Notes: generated from the letters alone by a model not told the origin. Positions 10,419 through 20,589 are shown, counted from the first letter of the stretch. The stretch: DNA of 64,000 bases from Candidatus Latescibacterota bacterium (GCA_965217865.1 CBDCJO010000002.1:5344001-5408000), one strand, 5' to 3'. Made by a program: numbers and translations.

Positions 10419-10779
10419 ATGCGTGGTGATATAGAAAAGCTTTCAATGAGGCTGTTAGAATTTTTCAGTCAGCGTTATAAAGCAAGTAAATACCTTGCCA
10501 AGGACGGCCGTTGGGCGTCATGTTGCTGGACAGTTGCTCCGATCCGGAACTTCCGCGGCGGCAAATTATGAAGAATGTTGTGCCGCAGAAAGCCGTCTTG
10601 ACTTTGTCCACAAGATGAAAATTGTGCTCAAAGAGTTACGTGAATCACGGTTTTGGTTGCACCTCATGGAGCGTGTTCACCTAATTTCAAAATCAGAATG
10701 TCACGATCTTAAAGAAGAAGCGGGAGAGCTTTGTAACATCATCGCCAAGTCAATCATCACGTCCAAAAAGAACCTCTGA
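10419..10779 (+). pseudogene. Four-helix-bundle protein (23S rRNA IVP / bAvd-like family), +1 frameshift in the T5 run at 10461-10465
   Basis: MRGDIEKLSMRLLEF | SVSVIKQVNTLPRTAVGRHVAGQLLRSGTSAAANYEE...AESRLDFVHK...KELRES; family motifs clear. Confidence 0.85.
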
Positions 10780-10797
10780 CTTTGCAAATTCCATTTT

Positions 10798-11412
10798 TCA
10801 CTTTTCATTTCCCTTTTGTCCCCACGGCGCAAACAGATCATGCTCAATCTGGAACAGGTTCAAAATTCGCCCCGCGATAAAATCCGCAAGATCATCAAAT
10901 GTTCGGGGTTTCTGATAGAATGCCGGCATGGCCGGCAGAATGACGGCTCCCGCTTCGGATGCAATCACCATGTTACGCAGATGCACCAGGCTAAGGGGCG
11001 CTTCCCGTGGAACGAGGATCAAGGTCCTCCGTTCCTTCAGGGTCACGTCAGCGGAGCGCTCGATCAGGTTGCTTGAGGACCCGTGAGCCACCCCCGACAA
11101 GATCTTCATCGTACAGGGCACCACGACCATACCGTCTGAATGGACGGATCCGCTGGAAAGAGGCGCTGCAAGGTCGTGGAAATTGTGCAATTCAAGCACC
11201 CCCGATTTTATGTCCACCCCGAACTTGTCGACCAGATAGGACTCGAAGTCGGATCGCTTACCGCCAAAATCGACTTCCTCCTTGAGGAGCATCCATCCGT
11301 AGTCGGAGACAATCAGGTCGACGTGACAGCCCGTGATGAGGAGGGCCCGAAGCGCCCGGATGCTGTATATTGCGCCGCTGGCCCCGGTGATTGCAAAAAT
11401 TATTCTTTTCAT
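10798..11412 (-). CDS. ubiX: Flavin prenyltransferase UbiX
   Basis: ITGASG, SSGS, PCTM, NLIERSADVTLKERR, RETP-like REAP and PAFY motifs. Confidence 0.95.
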   Translation of the reverse strand: MKRIIFAITGASGAIYSIRALRALLITGCHVDLIVSDYGWMLLKEEVDFGGKRSDFESYLVDKFGVDIKSGVLELHNFHDLAAPLSSGSVHSDGMVVVPCTMKILSGVAHGSSSNLIERSADVTLKERRTLILVPREAPLSLVHLRNMVIASEAGAVILPAMPAFYQKPRTFDDLADFIAGRILNLFQIEHDLFAPWGQKGNEK

Positions 11413-11564
11413 CGATCATATCCTCGTTTGATTGGACTTCAGTTGACATGGTTTCCAATCATTCATAATCAACTTGCACCTTAATTATAAGGGGATTATA
11501 TTAGCCGGCAATCCGATTTTACGTTTCTCCTGGAATATAATAAACCTGAGGGTACAAGCCTGAA

Positions 11565-12320
11565 TTGAGCGCATTGAATTTTAAACCTAGAGTTCCGGTG
11601 TTCGACGCGAATATCGGCGTCGGACACAGACGAGACCGACCCGCTCCTTTCGAAGATGCCTCGGAACTCCTGGATGAGATGAGGCGGCACGGAATCGAGC
11701 GGGCAATAGTCTACCACGTTCAGGCCGAGGATATCAGTCCCACCGAAGGAAACCGGGCGCTCGAAAAATGGGCGGATGATGACCGATCCTTCAGCTTGCA
11801 ATGGGTCGCAGGACCGAATCCGGAATCGCTTCGGCAACTAAAAGGTCTGCACGCCGCAGGGAAGGTCAAAAGCATCCGCCTCCACAACACGGAGTCTGCA
11901 CGCATCCCTTTTGTGGATTGGGTTTACGGCGAACTGCTCGAATGGTTGCATCAGGAAAGGATCCCCCTTTGGGTTTCTCTTGCGGATACACCGCCCACAG
12001 AAATCATGGCCACTCTCCGCCCTTTCCCGGATCTTGTGACCGTGTTGTTAGGAGCACATTACGGACATGCGATGATGGTACGACCATTCTTGAGAAATCT
12101 CTCAAATTCCTTCCTGGAGTTGAGCCGGAATGAAACCCTTGGTGGGACAGAGGATCTGATTCGCGAATTTGGTGTCGAACGGTTTATCTACGGATCGTTT
12201 TACCCCCGGTACGCTTTGGGTCCGATGCTTTACTATTTGCATCATATGACGCTCAATGATGCTGAACTCACGGCGGTTTGCTCCGGTAATCTTATACGCA
12301 TCCTCGGAGAGACGGGATGA
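11565..12320 (+). CDS. Amidohydrolase_2 family protein lacking the canonical HxH motif
   Basis: FDANIGVG, ERFIYGSFYP; TIM-barrel amidohydrolase pattern. Confidence 0.75.
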   Translation: MSALNFKPRVPVFDANIGVGHRRDRPAPFEDASELLDEMRRHGIERAIVYHVQAEDISPTEGNRALEKWADDDRSFSLQWVAGPNPESLRQLKGLHAAGKVKSIRLHNTESARIPFVDWVYGELLEWLHQERIPLWVSLADTPPTEIMATLRPFPDLVTVLLGAHYGHAMMVRPFLRNLSNSFLELSRNETLGGTEDLIREFGVERFIYGSFYPRYALGPMLYYLHHMTLNDAELTAVCSGNLIRILGETG

Positions 12321-13060
12321 TTGACAACTCCACGGTGATTGACTTCCACGGGCACGTCGGGTCCTGGGATAATTTGGGTATGATCGATGATCAGCCCAAA
12401 ATGCTTCGTGCCATGGATACCTTGGGAATCGATCGGTCCTGCGTGTTCAATATTTTCCATCCCGACGGTACGCGGGGAAATGACATGACCGCGGAATTTG
12501 TGTCAAAGTCCCCGGAACGTTTCATCGGTTTTGCCTATGTTTCCCCGACGATGCCGGATAGAATGTTGCCCGAGCTGGAACGCGCGATCGATTGTTTGGG
12601 TCTGAGGGCTATCAAGCTCTATCCACAATACACCCCATATCCCCTAAACCACTCGGCCTGGGATCCCGTGTATACATTTGCAAATAAACGCGAACTGGTG
12701 GTCCTTTCGCATACGGGCGTTGAAGTCGATCCCAAAGATCTGGGAGAAGCAGCATCTCGATTCCCCAAAGCAATGTTCGTCGCAGGCCACTCTGGGAATG
12801 TCGAACCTTACCGGGGTCATGCGATTGAGGCCGCTCAGAAATATCAGAATTTCTATTTGGAAACCTGTTCGACTTACCGGACTCCCGGCGTGATTGAAGA
12901 GCTGGTCGCAAAGGCCGGCGCGGAGCGCGTCTTGTTCGGATCCGATGTGCCGTTGATGGATCCCCGATCCCAGATTGGCAAAATCATCACAGCGGATATT
13001 TCTGACGACGCCAAACGGTTGGTTCTGGGAGAAAACGCAAAACGGATCCTTAAGCTATAA
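12317..13060 (+). CDS. Amidohydrolase_2 family metal-dependent hydrolase
   Basis: IDFHGH, IKLYP, GHSG, VLFGSD and GENAKRIL; ATGA overlap with the upstream gene. Confidence 0.88.
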   Translation: MIDNSTVIDFHGHVGSWDNLGMIDDQPKMLRAMDTLGIDRSCVFNIFHPDGTRGNDMTAEFVSKSPERFIGFAYVSPTMPDRMLPELERAIDCLGLRAIKLYPQYTPYPLNHSAWDPVYTFANKRELVVLSHTGVEVDPKDLGEAASRFPKAMFVAGHSGNVEPYRGHAIEAAQKYQNFYLETCSTYRTPGVIEELVAKAGAERVLFGSDVPLMDPRSQIGKIITADISDDAKRLVLGENAKRILKL

Positions 13061-13094
13061 CATCGTCAGGCTTATCCACCTCAATAAACATCAT

Positions 13095-13121
13095 CCCTGC
13101 CTTCAAGGCGGGGTTCTTTTT
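13095..13121 (+). terminator. Probable intrinsic terminator between convergent genes
   Basis: CCCTGCC-TTCAA-GGCGGGG hairpin followed by TTCTTTTT. Confidence 0.55.
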
Positions 13122-13986
13122 ATACCCTCAGGAGAACGATGTCCCCAAGGGTAAATGCGAAGTACGCGACACTCAGGATGCCGTTTAGCGAGAAAGCCTT
13201 CATGGCTTGTGTGAGATCATCGTGCCGGACGATGCGATGTTCATAAACGAGAATGAAACCCACGAGAAGAACACCGCAAAGATAAAGACCGTTCAAATTG
13301 AACAGGACCTTGATGTAGAGCAATAACAGGAAAGAGACGGCGTAAAGGATCCTCGACAAGTTAAGCGCCCGACGGGGGCCGAGTCGCTGCGGTAGGGAAC
13401 GGAGGTCGTGGGAAACATCGAAATCGTAGTCCTGGCAGGCATAGATGATATCGAATCCCGCCACCCAGGCCAGGACTGCAGCCCCGAGAAGGAGGATGAT
13501 TGGGTCGAATGATCCATTGACCGCGATCCATGCCCCGATCGGAGCAACGCTCAGGGAGAGGCCCAGGAAGAGGTGTGTTGCCCAGGTGAACCGTTTGGTG
13601 AAGGAATAGAAAAAGATGATTAGCAGTGCGATCGGGGAAAGAGCCAGGCAGAGGGGATTGAGCTGATAAGAAGCGAAAACCAAGATCGCAGAGGAGAGGA
13701 CAACAAGGGTCACGACTGCCGGGACGGCAATGTCCCCCCGTGGAAGCTCCCGGTTCCGAGTGCGCGGGTTGGCCGCATCGATGTGGCGGTCTAGCAGACG
13801 GTTGAACCCCATGGCCGCGCTGCGGGCCCCGACCATCGCAACAACAATCCAGATGAGGTGGCGGAGAGTGATTGAGGTTTGCAGAGAAGCCAGGGTTGCA
13901 CCCGTGAATGCGAAAGGGAGGGCGAAGACGCTGTGAGAGAACTTGATCATGCGCCCATAGGTCAAGATGCGGTCAAGTGGTTTCAT
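13120..13986 (-). CDS. ubiA: UbiA-family polyprenyltransferase (MqnP-like)
   Basis: IKFSHSVFALPF, ARSAAMGFNRLLD...D..NPRT, YSFTKRFT and GFDIIYACQD motifs. Confidence 0.93.
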   Translation of the reverse strand: MKPLDRILTYGRMIKFSHSVFALPFAFTGATLASLQTSITLRHLIWIVVAMVGARSAAMGFNRLLDRHIDAANPRTRNRELPRGDIAVPAVVTLVVLSSAILVFASYQLNPLCLALSPIALLIIFFYSFTKRFTWATHLFLGLSLSVAPIGAWIAVNGSFDPIILLLGAAVLAWVAGFDIIYACQDYDFDVSHDLRSLPQRLGPRRALNLSRILYAVSFLLLLYIKVLFNLNGLYLCGVLLVGFILVYEHRIVRHDDLTQAMKAFSLNGILSVAYFAFTLGDIVLLRV

Positions 13987-14020
13987 GGCATCTCCGGGGT
14001 GTGGGCACCAAACCAAATTC

Positions 14021-14821
14021 TTATTTGGAACGGTCGTAAAAACGAATTTCCGGCTCGTTCGGAATTATTTCGAGGGATGCCGCGTGCCGGTAGAAGGTCC
14101 TGAGGCCTTCGGTTTCCTTTTCACCGAGTTCGTAGAGGATATGTTTCTTGAGGTAGGATTCATAGAAAGCAGCAGATCCTCGATGTACCTCCCCGAAGGT
14201 TTTTGAGATCTCATCCACGAAGCCCAGTCCGATCCGCTTTGCCTCTACCAGGGCAGACACATCTTCGGGTGTTAGAACCCCTGGGACACCCGCCCAGACG
14301 GCGAAGACAAAAGGCAGTCCGGTATTTTGCCGCCACATCTCACCCAGGTCCCAGATTCTCAAGTTTGATTGTTCGATGTCGAGGGCACGGTCACCGATCA
14401 GGACGGCCCCATCGGCAACCTTCAGCATAGCGCCGAGGTCCGGAGAATGGTCGATGAATTCCCCGGTAAATCTGTGCACGCGCTGCATCAAGATGCGAGA
14501 AAGTGCGGTGCTACTCCGGGAACTCGTGTCGAGGGCAACGGACCGGATCCGGTCGATGTTCACCGAGGAGATAAGAAGGGCGCTTTTCACCGGGCCGTCG
14601 CAGGCGATCGACACGTCGGGGACGATGTGATAGACTTCGGAGCGGGCGTATTCGATCGACGGGATTATGGCCAGATCCAGTTCTCCTCGAGCGAGCAGGC
14701 CGGCACAGGCCGAAGGCACATCGTAGATGAGTTCAAAACGGTGGGGGATGAGGTTCCGCTCCAGCGCGTAGACAAGCGGTTTCGTATTGAGGTAGTTAAC
14801 GACGCCGAGTCGGATACTCAT
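14021..14821 (-). CDS. mqnA: Chorismate dehydratase (futalosine pathway)
   Basis: VNYLNTKPL, SRSS, LIGDRAL and DLG..W...TGLPFVFAVW motifs. Confidence 0.93.
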   Translation of the reverse strand: MSIRLGVVNYLNTKPLVYALERNLIPHRFELIYDVPSACAGLLARGELDLAIIPSIEYARSEVYHIVPDVSIACDGPVKSALLISSVNIDRIRSVALDTSSRSSTALSRILMQRVHRFTGEFIDHSPDLGAMLKVADGAVLIGDRALDIEQSNLRIWDLGEMWRQNTGLPFVFAVWAGVPGVLTPEDVSALVEAKRIGLGFVDEISKTFGEVHRGSAAFYESYLKKHILYELGEKETEGLRTFYRHAASLEIIPNEPEIRFYDRSK

Positions 14822-14853
14822 AGAAAATCGGGGCTGACATACGGGATTAGAAG

Positions 14854-15966
14854 TCAGTTTACGATTCCGTAACCCGTATTTCGCCGAACGGGTTCGCAGC
14901 CCACATCCCGAATGAGTCTGGCGATCTCCTGGATCGGCATACAGTATTTCGTTCCGGCCGCACTTACCACGTTCTCCTCCATCATGGTGCTCCCGAAATC
15001 GTTTACACCGTAATGAAGACCGATCTGCGCAATCTTGGGACCTTGAGTGACCCAGGATGCCTGAATGTTATCAATGTTGTTCAGGTAGAGACGTGCGATT
15101 GCCGTGGTGCGGAGGTAATCGAAACCGGTGGCCTTCGTTCCTTCCCATTCCTCGGCCAATTCGGTACCGGAAGGCTGGAAGCTCCACGGGATAAAGGCCG
15201 TAAAACCCCCTGTCTCATCCTGGAGATCCCGGATAAGGTTCAGGTGCTCCATCCGCTGTTCGTCGGTCTCGACGTGTCCATACATCATCGTTCCGGAGGT
15301 TCTCATGCCCAGAAGGTGAGCGATGCGATGGACATCGAGCCATTCGGAGACGGTATCCTTTCGGAAACCGATGATCTGACGGACATCGTCGGAGAGGATC
15401 TCTGCTCCTGCCCCGGGGATCGAATCCAAACCGGCATCCCTCAGGGCCTTGATACACGCATCGAGGGAAAGACGGGAGATATGAGCGATGTATACGATTT
15501 CCGTGGCGGAAAGGGAGTGCATGTGAACAGCGGGGAATCTATTTTTAATCGAACCGATGAGATCCAGGTAGTAGTCGAGTTTGAGCTTCGGGTTAAGGCC
15601 ACCCTGCATGAGGACTTCACAGGTTTTCGGTTCCGTTCCGCCAATGTCCACCAGTTCCTGGATCTTTCCGAAGATTTCCTCTCGGGGGAGGACGTAACCT
15701 TCGCTGGAGCCTGGAGGGCGGTAGAACGCACAAAATTTACATCGCACCCAGCAGACGTTCGTATAGTTGATGTTTCTCCCCACGACATAGGTGACGACCT
15801 TTTCGGGGTGTTTCTCCCATCGGACGTGATTCGCCAATATGCCCAATTCAGCGATATTTGGATGTCGGAAGAGGTCAAGTCCATCCTGGAAGGAGAGACG
15901 TTCCCCTCCAAATACTTTTTCAGTGATGGTTGAGATCATCGCTGGGTGCTCCGGGTCAAGATTCAA
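14854..15966 (-). CDS. mqnC: Cyclic dehypoxanthine futalosine synthase (radical SAM)
   Basis: RNINYTNVCWVRCKFCAF, QGG, PGAGAEIL, IQASWVTQG and DFGSTMMEENVV; start may be 15939. Confidence 0.93.
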   Translation of the reverse strand: MNLDPEHPAMISTITEKVFGGERLSFQDGLDLFRHPNIAELGILANHVRWEKHPEKVVTYVVGRNINYTNVCWVRCKFCAFYRPPGSSEGYVLPREEIFGKIQELVDIGGTEPKTCEVLMQGGLNPKLKLDYYLDLIGSIKNRFPAVHMHSLSATEIVYIAHISRLSLDACIKALRDAGLDSIPGAGAEILSDDVRQIIGFRKDTVSEWLDVHRIAHLLGMRTSGTMMYGHVETDEQRMEHLNLIRDLQDETGGFTAFIPWSFQPSGTELAEEWEGTKATGFDYLRTTAIARLYLNNIDNIQASWVTQGPKIAQIGLHYGVNDFGSTMMEENVVSAAGTKYCMPIQEIARLIRDVGCEPVRRNTGYGIVN

Positions 15967-16045
15967 GGCTTGAAATTATGTTTTCAATCGCTTAACTTAC
16001 ATCCAGTGTGAACGAAGGTCCGTGCTATTCGAAAGGGGAAAGACT

Positions 16046-16474
16046 TTGGCAACTGTGAAACGAGGTGACCGGGTAAAGGTTCACTACAAAGGTTTTTTTG
16101 AAGACGGCACGGTATTCGACCAGTCACCCGAAGGGGAACCCCTTGAATTTACGATTGGAAAGAAGATGGTGATCCCAGGCTTTGAAAAAGGGGTAATCGG
16201 AATGGAAGAAGGGGAGACAAAAAGGGTTTCCATCCCGCCAAAGGATGCGTATGGTCCTCATAGAGAAGATCTGGTTCTTGTGATGGAGAAATCCGAGATG
16301 CCCTCGGATATCATCCTGTCGGTTGGAATGCGCCTTGAGGCCAGTTTCCCGAAGGGGATCACCGCAAAGGTTACGATTACGGATATAACAGAAGAGAAGG
16401 TAACCCTCGATGCCAATCATCCCCTCGTAGGCGAAAAGCTTACCTTCGAGTTGAATCTTATTGAGATCCTTTAA
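16046..16474 (+). CDS. FKBP-type peptidyl-prolyl cis-trans isomerase (SlyD-like)
   Basis: VKVHYKG, FD.S, VIPGFE, AYG and DANHPL motifs; TTG start inferred from the RBS. Confidence 0.92.
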   Translation: MATVKRGDRVKVHYKGFFEDGTVFDQSPEGEPLEFTIGKKMVIPGFEKGVIGMEEGETKRVSIPPKDAYGPHREDLVLVMEKSEMPSDIILSVGMRLEASFPKGITAKVTITDITEEKVTLDANHPLVGEKLTFELNLIEIL

Positions 16475-16561
16475 GACACGCCAAAATCTTGTTTCATTTT
16501 ATCATCGGTTTCGCAGAAGATTCAGCGAGGCCGATTTTTCATTTTCGATTCAGAGCTCCGG

Positions 16562-17698
16562 CTAAGCCTGGACCAACTCGTCAGGAACGGGAGTCTCCCT
16601 TTCGGCGGAGATGACGTTGTAGAGGTTATCGCGTTCCACCGGGTCACGGCCGGTCTCGACGATCCGGTCGAGAAGCTGTTGGGAACTGAGCATCTGTTTT
16701 GTCTCTTCAACAGTCTTCCGGGTGATCTCGTATTCCATGATCGTACCGTCGATATCATCCGCCCCGTACCAGAGGGCGGCCTGGGAAACTTCGATCGTGT
16801 TCATGATCCAGAAGGTCTTGATGTGGGGAAAGTTGTCGAGCATCAAGCGGCCGACCGCGATCTCCTTCAGATCGTTAGACCCCGTCGGACCTGGGATGGT
16901 TTCCAGTTCTGTTCTTTCCGGATGAAACGAGAGGGGGATATAAGTGAGGAATCCTCCCTTTTCATCCTGAAGTTCCCGGAGACGAATCAGGTGATCTACT
17001 TTCTCTGCAGTATTCTCGACGTGACCGTAGAGCATCGTTGCGTTGGTGTGAAGCCCCACTTCGTGTGCGGTTCGCGCGATGGACAGCCATTGCTCTGAGT
17101 CGGCCTTGGTCCAGAAAAGATCCTCGTGGACACGTTCGCTAAAGACTTCAGCGCCCCCACCGGGTAGGGAAGATAGGCCGTGCGCTTTGAGTTCCACGAG
17201 AACGTCGCGGAGCGGTTTCTTTGCCACACGCTGGATTTGTGCGAGCTCGATCATGGTGAACGCTTTGATATGGACGTCCGGTCTGACCTCTCGGACGGCA
17301 TCTAGAATATCCAGGTAATATCGGTACGGAAGTTTTGGGTTTATGCCGGCCACCATATGGATCTCCGTGATCGGCATCTTGATATGCTCCAGGACCCGAG
17401 CCTTGATATCGTCGGGGTAGAGGACATACCCCCGTTCATCTTTCGGCGCTACATAGAAAGAGCAAAATTTACAAAATTTGTTGCATATATTGGTGTAGTT
17501 GATATGCTGATTTCGGACGTAGTAGGCCAGGTTGCCGTTTATCCGTTCCCGAACCTGGTTGGCCATGATTCCGAGGACGGGAAGGTCTTGGGTCTCATAT
17601 AGGCGTATACCGTCTTCTCGGGAAAGGCGAACCCCTTTCACGGCCTTTTCGTAAATATCTGCGAGATCGGAACTTTTTAACAAACTTTCCACGGGCAT
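16562..17698 (-). CDS. mqnE: Aminofutalosine synthase (radical SAM)
   Basis: HINYTNICNKFCKFCSF, LPGGGAE, NATMLYGH, LDNFPHIK.FW and GADDIDGT motifs. Confidence 0.93.
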   Translation of the reverse strand: MPVESLLKSSDLADIYEKAVKGVRLSREDGIRLYETQDLPVLGIMANQVRERINGNLAYYVRNQHINYTNICNKFCKFCSFYVAPKDERGYVLYPDDIKARVLEHIKMPITEIHMVAGINPKLPYRYYLDILDAVREVRPDVHIKAFTMIELAQIQRVAKKPLRDVLVELKAHGLSSLPGGGAEVFSERVHEDLFWTKADSEQWLSIARTAHEVGLHTNATMLYGHVENTAEKVDHLIRLRELQDEKGGFLTYIPLSFHPERTELETIPGPTGSNDLKEIAVGRLMLDNFPHIKTFWIMNTIEVSQAALWYGADDIDGTIMEYEITRKTVEETKQMLSSQQLLDRIVETGRDPVERDNLYNVISAERETPVPDELVQA

Positions 17699-17748
17699 CT
17701 ATGTACCTCTAATTTGGCCCAGGTTCATTATCTTCAGGATAGCCTTTC

Positions 17749-17775
17749 GTGGGTTTCGCTTCGCTCAGCCGCAAC
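17749..17775. repeat. Degenerate REP-like palindrome
   Basis: gtgggtttcgcttcgctcagccgcaac resembles the common GGGTTTCGCTTCGCTCAACCC REP type. Confidence 0.4.
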
Positions 17776-17824
17776 TAAAAATATGTACACATCTTGCATA
17801 GAAGTTGGAATGTAAGACTCTAAT

Positions 17825-19282
17825 TCACGATATTCCCAGCTGATCCCACACCTGGTCTATTCGCTTTTTGACGTCTTCGCTCATCACGATCCTGTCGGGC
17901 CAATCCCGGGTAAATCCTTCCTCCGGCCACTTTCGGGTCCCGTCGATCCCCATCTTCGTCCCATAGCTGAAGGACGAACTTGCGTGATCGAGGACGTCTA
18001 CTGGCCCGGGTGTAAAGTGCACATCCCGACGCGGATCGATGTGGTTCAAAACGGTACACCATGCTTCGACGGGATCCTGAACGTTGACGTCTTTATCGAC
18101 TACGATGATGATTTTGGCCAGCATCAGCAGTCCCTGTCCCCAAAGCCCATTCATGACCTTGTAGGCATGACCGGGGTACTGCTTGTCGATTGCAACGAAG
18201 ATGAGGTTGTGAAAGATCCCCTCAGGGGGCATGTGATAATCCACAATTTCCGGCATGATCAGTCGACTGAGGGGAAGGAAGATTCGTTCCGTAGCGTGGC
18301 CAAGGTAGTAATCTTCCATCGGCGGCCATCCCACAATCGTAGTTGGATATACCGGATCCTTCTTCATCGTGATGGCCGTTATGTTTAATGCCGGATATTT
18401 GTCGGGGAGGGAATAGAACCCGGTGTGGTCGCCGAACGGCCCTTCCATAAGCATCTCCGCATCGGGATCCACGTAACCCTCGAGCACGATCTCGGACTCC
18501 GCAGGAACTTCCAGGTCGACCGTAACCCCTTTGACGAGTCGGACGGGTTTTGAACGGAGGAAACCGGCAAACAGGAATTCGTCGATAGATGGGGGGAGTG
18601 GGGCAGTGGGGGAATACATCGTCGCAGGGTCACCGCCAAGGGCGACCGCCACCTCCATCCGTTGCCCAAGTCGTTTGTGGAGGTCGAAGTGGCGGGCGCT
18701 TCCTTTGTGGCGCTGCCAGTGCATCGCCACCTTGTCTGATGCGAATACCTGGATCCTGTAACAACCGACATTTCGGGTTCCCGTCTCGGGGTCCCGGGTG
18801 ATGACCATCGGCAGGGTGATGTAGGGGCCCCCATCCTGCGGCCAGCAGGTGATAATAGGCAGGAGGCCGAGATCGACCTCCTCATCTCTCAGGATGATCT
18901 CTTGGCATGGCGCCGATCGTACCCTACGGGGGGGGAACTTCGACATTTCGAAAAGCTGTGGGAGCAGGGAGAGCTTGTTGAGCAGACCTTCAGGAACTTT
19001 AGGGTTTAACAATTTTGTGATGCGGGTCCCGACTTCGTCCAGATCCTGAACCTGAAGCGCCATGGCCATACGGTTTTTTGATCCGAACAGATTGATGGCC
19101 AGGGGGATCCGGCATCCGGATACCTTCTCGAAAAGCAACGCGGGCCCCCCTCCGGGACTCTTCATACATCTATCGGCGATCTCCGTAATCTCGAATTTCG
19201 GGTCGATCTCCTTGCCGATCCGACGGAGCTCTCCGGCCCCTTCAAGGGCATCGATGAATTGGCCCAGATTGTCGAACGCCAT
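17825..19282 (-). CDS. ubiD: Menaquinone biosynthesis decarboxylase (UbiD family)
   Basis: GGPALLFE, NLFGS, WPQDGG, EGPFGDHTGFY and KMGIDGT motifs; lies in the mqn cluster. Confidence 0.95.
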   Translation of the reverse strand: MAFDNLGQFIDALEGAGELRRIGKEIDPKFEITEIADRCMKSPGGGPALLFEKVSGCRIPLAINLFGSKNRMAMALQVQDLDEVGTRITKLLNPKVPEGLLNKLSLLPQLFEMSKFPPRRVRSAPCQEIILRDEEVDLGLLPIITCWPQDGGPYITLPMVITRDPETGTRNVGCYRIQVFASDKVAMHWQRHKGSARHFDLHKRLGQRMEVAVALGGDPATMYSPTAPLPPSIDEFLFAGFLRSKPVRLVKGVTVDLEVPAESEIVLEGYVDPDAEMLMEGPFGDHTGFYSLPDKYPALNITAITMKKDPVYPTTIVGWPPMEDYYLGHATERIFLPLSRLIMPEIVDYHMPPEGIFHNLIFVAIDKQYPGHAYKVMNGLWGQGLLMLAKIIIVVDKDVNVQDPVEAWCTVLNHIDPRRDVHFTPGPVDVLDHASSSFSYGTKMGIDGTRKWPEEGFTRDWPDRIVMSEDVKKRIDQVWDQLGIS

Positions 19283-19338
19283 GTCCCTCTCAGGCTCAGC
19301 CTCTCGCTATCGCGGAAAGATTCGAATCGAGGGATGGA

Positions 19339-19938
19339 CTAACATCCCTTTTCCGCTTTAGCTATCATTGCTTCCTGATAGTCTTGGGGTGTATCGATGT
19401 CTTCAAGGATCTCGCTCCTACCAGTCTCCTCCTCGGCCGTATCCTCGGGGTGGCCCCGCGTCAGAGGTTTAAGCCCATTTTTCCCTGAAAGGCCGAGAAT
19501 TTCCTCCCGATAGCGGATACTGATAAGGGTTGGATGGCCTCGCTTTCCATTACACGTCGGGATAACGATCCCTCGACCTCTTTTTACGTGGACCTGGATT
19601 AACCGGTCCACGACATCTGGATCAACCCAGGGTTGGTCGCCAAGACATATTAAAAATGCCGTCGCATCGTTTGGGAGCGCGGTTATTCCGTACTTTACCG
19701 AGGAAAACATACCCTCCCGGTAGTCCGGGTTCAACACGATTTGGATATTACGATCCGCGAGAGTCTGACAAATCTCCTCCTGTTTGCAACCGAGGACCAC
19801 GAGGACGCCGTCAGCCCGGGTCGACAGGAGACGATCAACCACAGTTTGCAGGACAGTCTTCCCCCCAAACGGAAGAAGCTGTTTCGCTTCACCCATTCGG
19901 CGGGATTCACCTGCGGCCAATACAACGGCGTAGATCAT
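19339..19938 (-). CDS. Molybdenum cofactor cytidylyltransferase (MocA-like nucleotidyltransferase)
   Basis: VLAAGESRRMG..KQLL, GMFSS, LGDQP, GHP and DIDTPQD motifs. Confidence 0.88.
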   Translation of the reverse strand: MIYAVVLAAGESRRMGEAKQLLPFGGKTVLQTVVDRLLSTRADGVLVVLGCKQEEICQTLADRNIQIVLNPDYREGMFSSVKYGITALPNDATAFLICLGDQPWVDPDVVDRLIQVHVKRGRGIVIPTCNGKRGHPTLISIRYREEILGLSGKNGLKPLTRGHPEDTAEEETGRSEILEDIDTPQDYQEAMIAKAEKGC

Positions 19939-20053
19939 GGCGTTCAGGGGATTTGAATGTCGGACGTGTTTGGCTTATGGACATAATAAGATACCAGATA
20001 TCCCCAGACTCTTGCTGGGACACCTGGCACCCCGTTCCGCTCCCGCAGATCGG

Positions 20054-20581
20054 TCAAGCTGCTTTCGTGGTCTTACGAGAGGTTTTGCGTTTCATCTTTC
20101 GCATTTCTGAAGCAGCTTCGCGAATCGACTCGATAATCTTGACATAACCGGTACAGCGGCAAAGGTTGCCAGCAATCGCGCGGCGGATTTTCTCTTCGGT
20201 CGGTTTCGGGTTTTCCCTGAGCAGTTGGAAGGCGGACATGATTATTCCCGGGGTACAAAATCCGCACTGGATTCCTCCCTTTTCGACAATTGCCGTCTGG
20301 ATGGGGTGAAGGCCGGATTCGGATGCGATTCCTTCGATGGTCGTGATATCGCGACCGTGTGCTTCCACACCAAGTGCAAGGCAGGAGGTGATGACCTTTC
20401 CGTTCAAGATCACGGTGCAGGCACCGCAGTCGCCGGTGCTGCAACCCTCCTTGGTCCCCGTCAATTGTAGCTGATCCCTGAGTGTGGATAAAAGGGTTTT
20501 TCGGGGTTCGACCAGGATTTCATAATCCTCACCGTTAATTCGGGTTTTAATAAGTTGGTTGGACACGCGCGATACCCCCAA
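20054..20581 (-). CDS. Mo-hydroxylase small (2Fe-2S) subunit, CoxS/XdhC-like
   Basis: GTKEGCSTGDCGACTV, QCGFCTPG and GNLCRCTGY motifs. Confidence 0.95.
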   Translation of the reverse strand: MGVSRVSNQLIKTRINGEDYEILVEPRKTLLSTLRDQLQLTGTKEGCSTGDCGACTVILNGKVITSCLALGVEAHGRDITTIEGIASESGLHPIQTAIVEKGGIQCGFCTPGIIMSAFQLLRENPKPTEEKIRRAIAGNLCRCTGYVKIIESIREAASEMRKMKRKTSRKTTKAA

Positions 20582-20589
20582 ACCGGCGA

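Noticed and set aside
10461-10465. Programmed ribosomal frameshifting or phase variation as the explanation of split genes
   Set aside because: Runs are short, directions are mixed and no consistent slippery heptamer or stimulator is seen; decay or sequencing error is simpler
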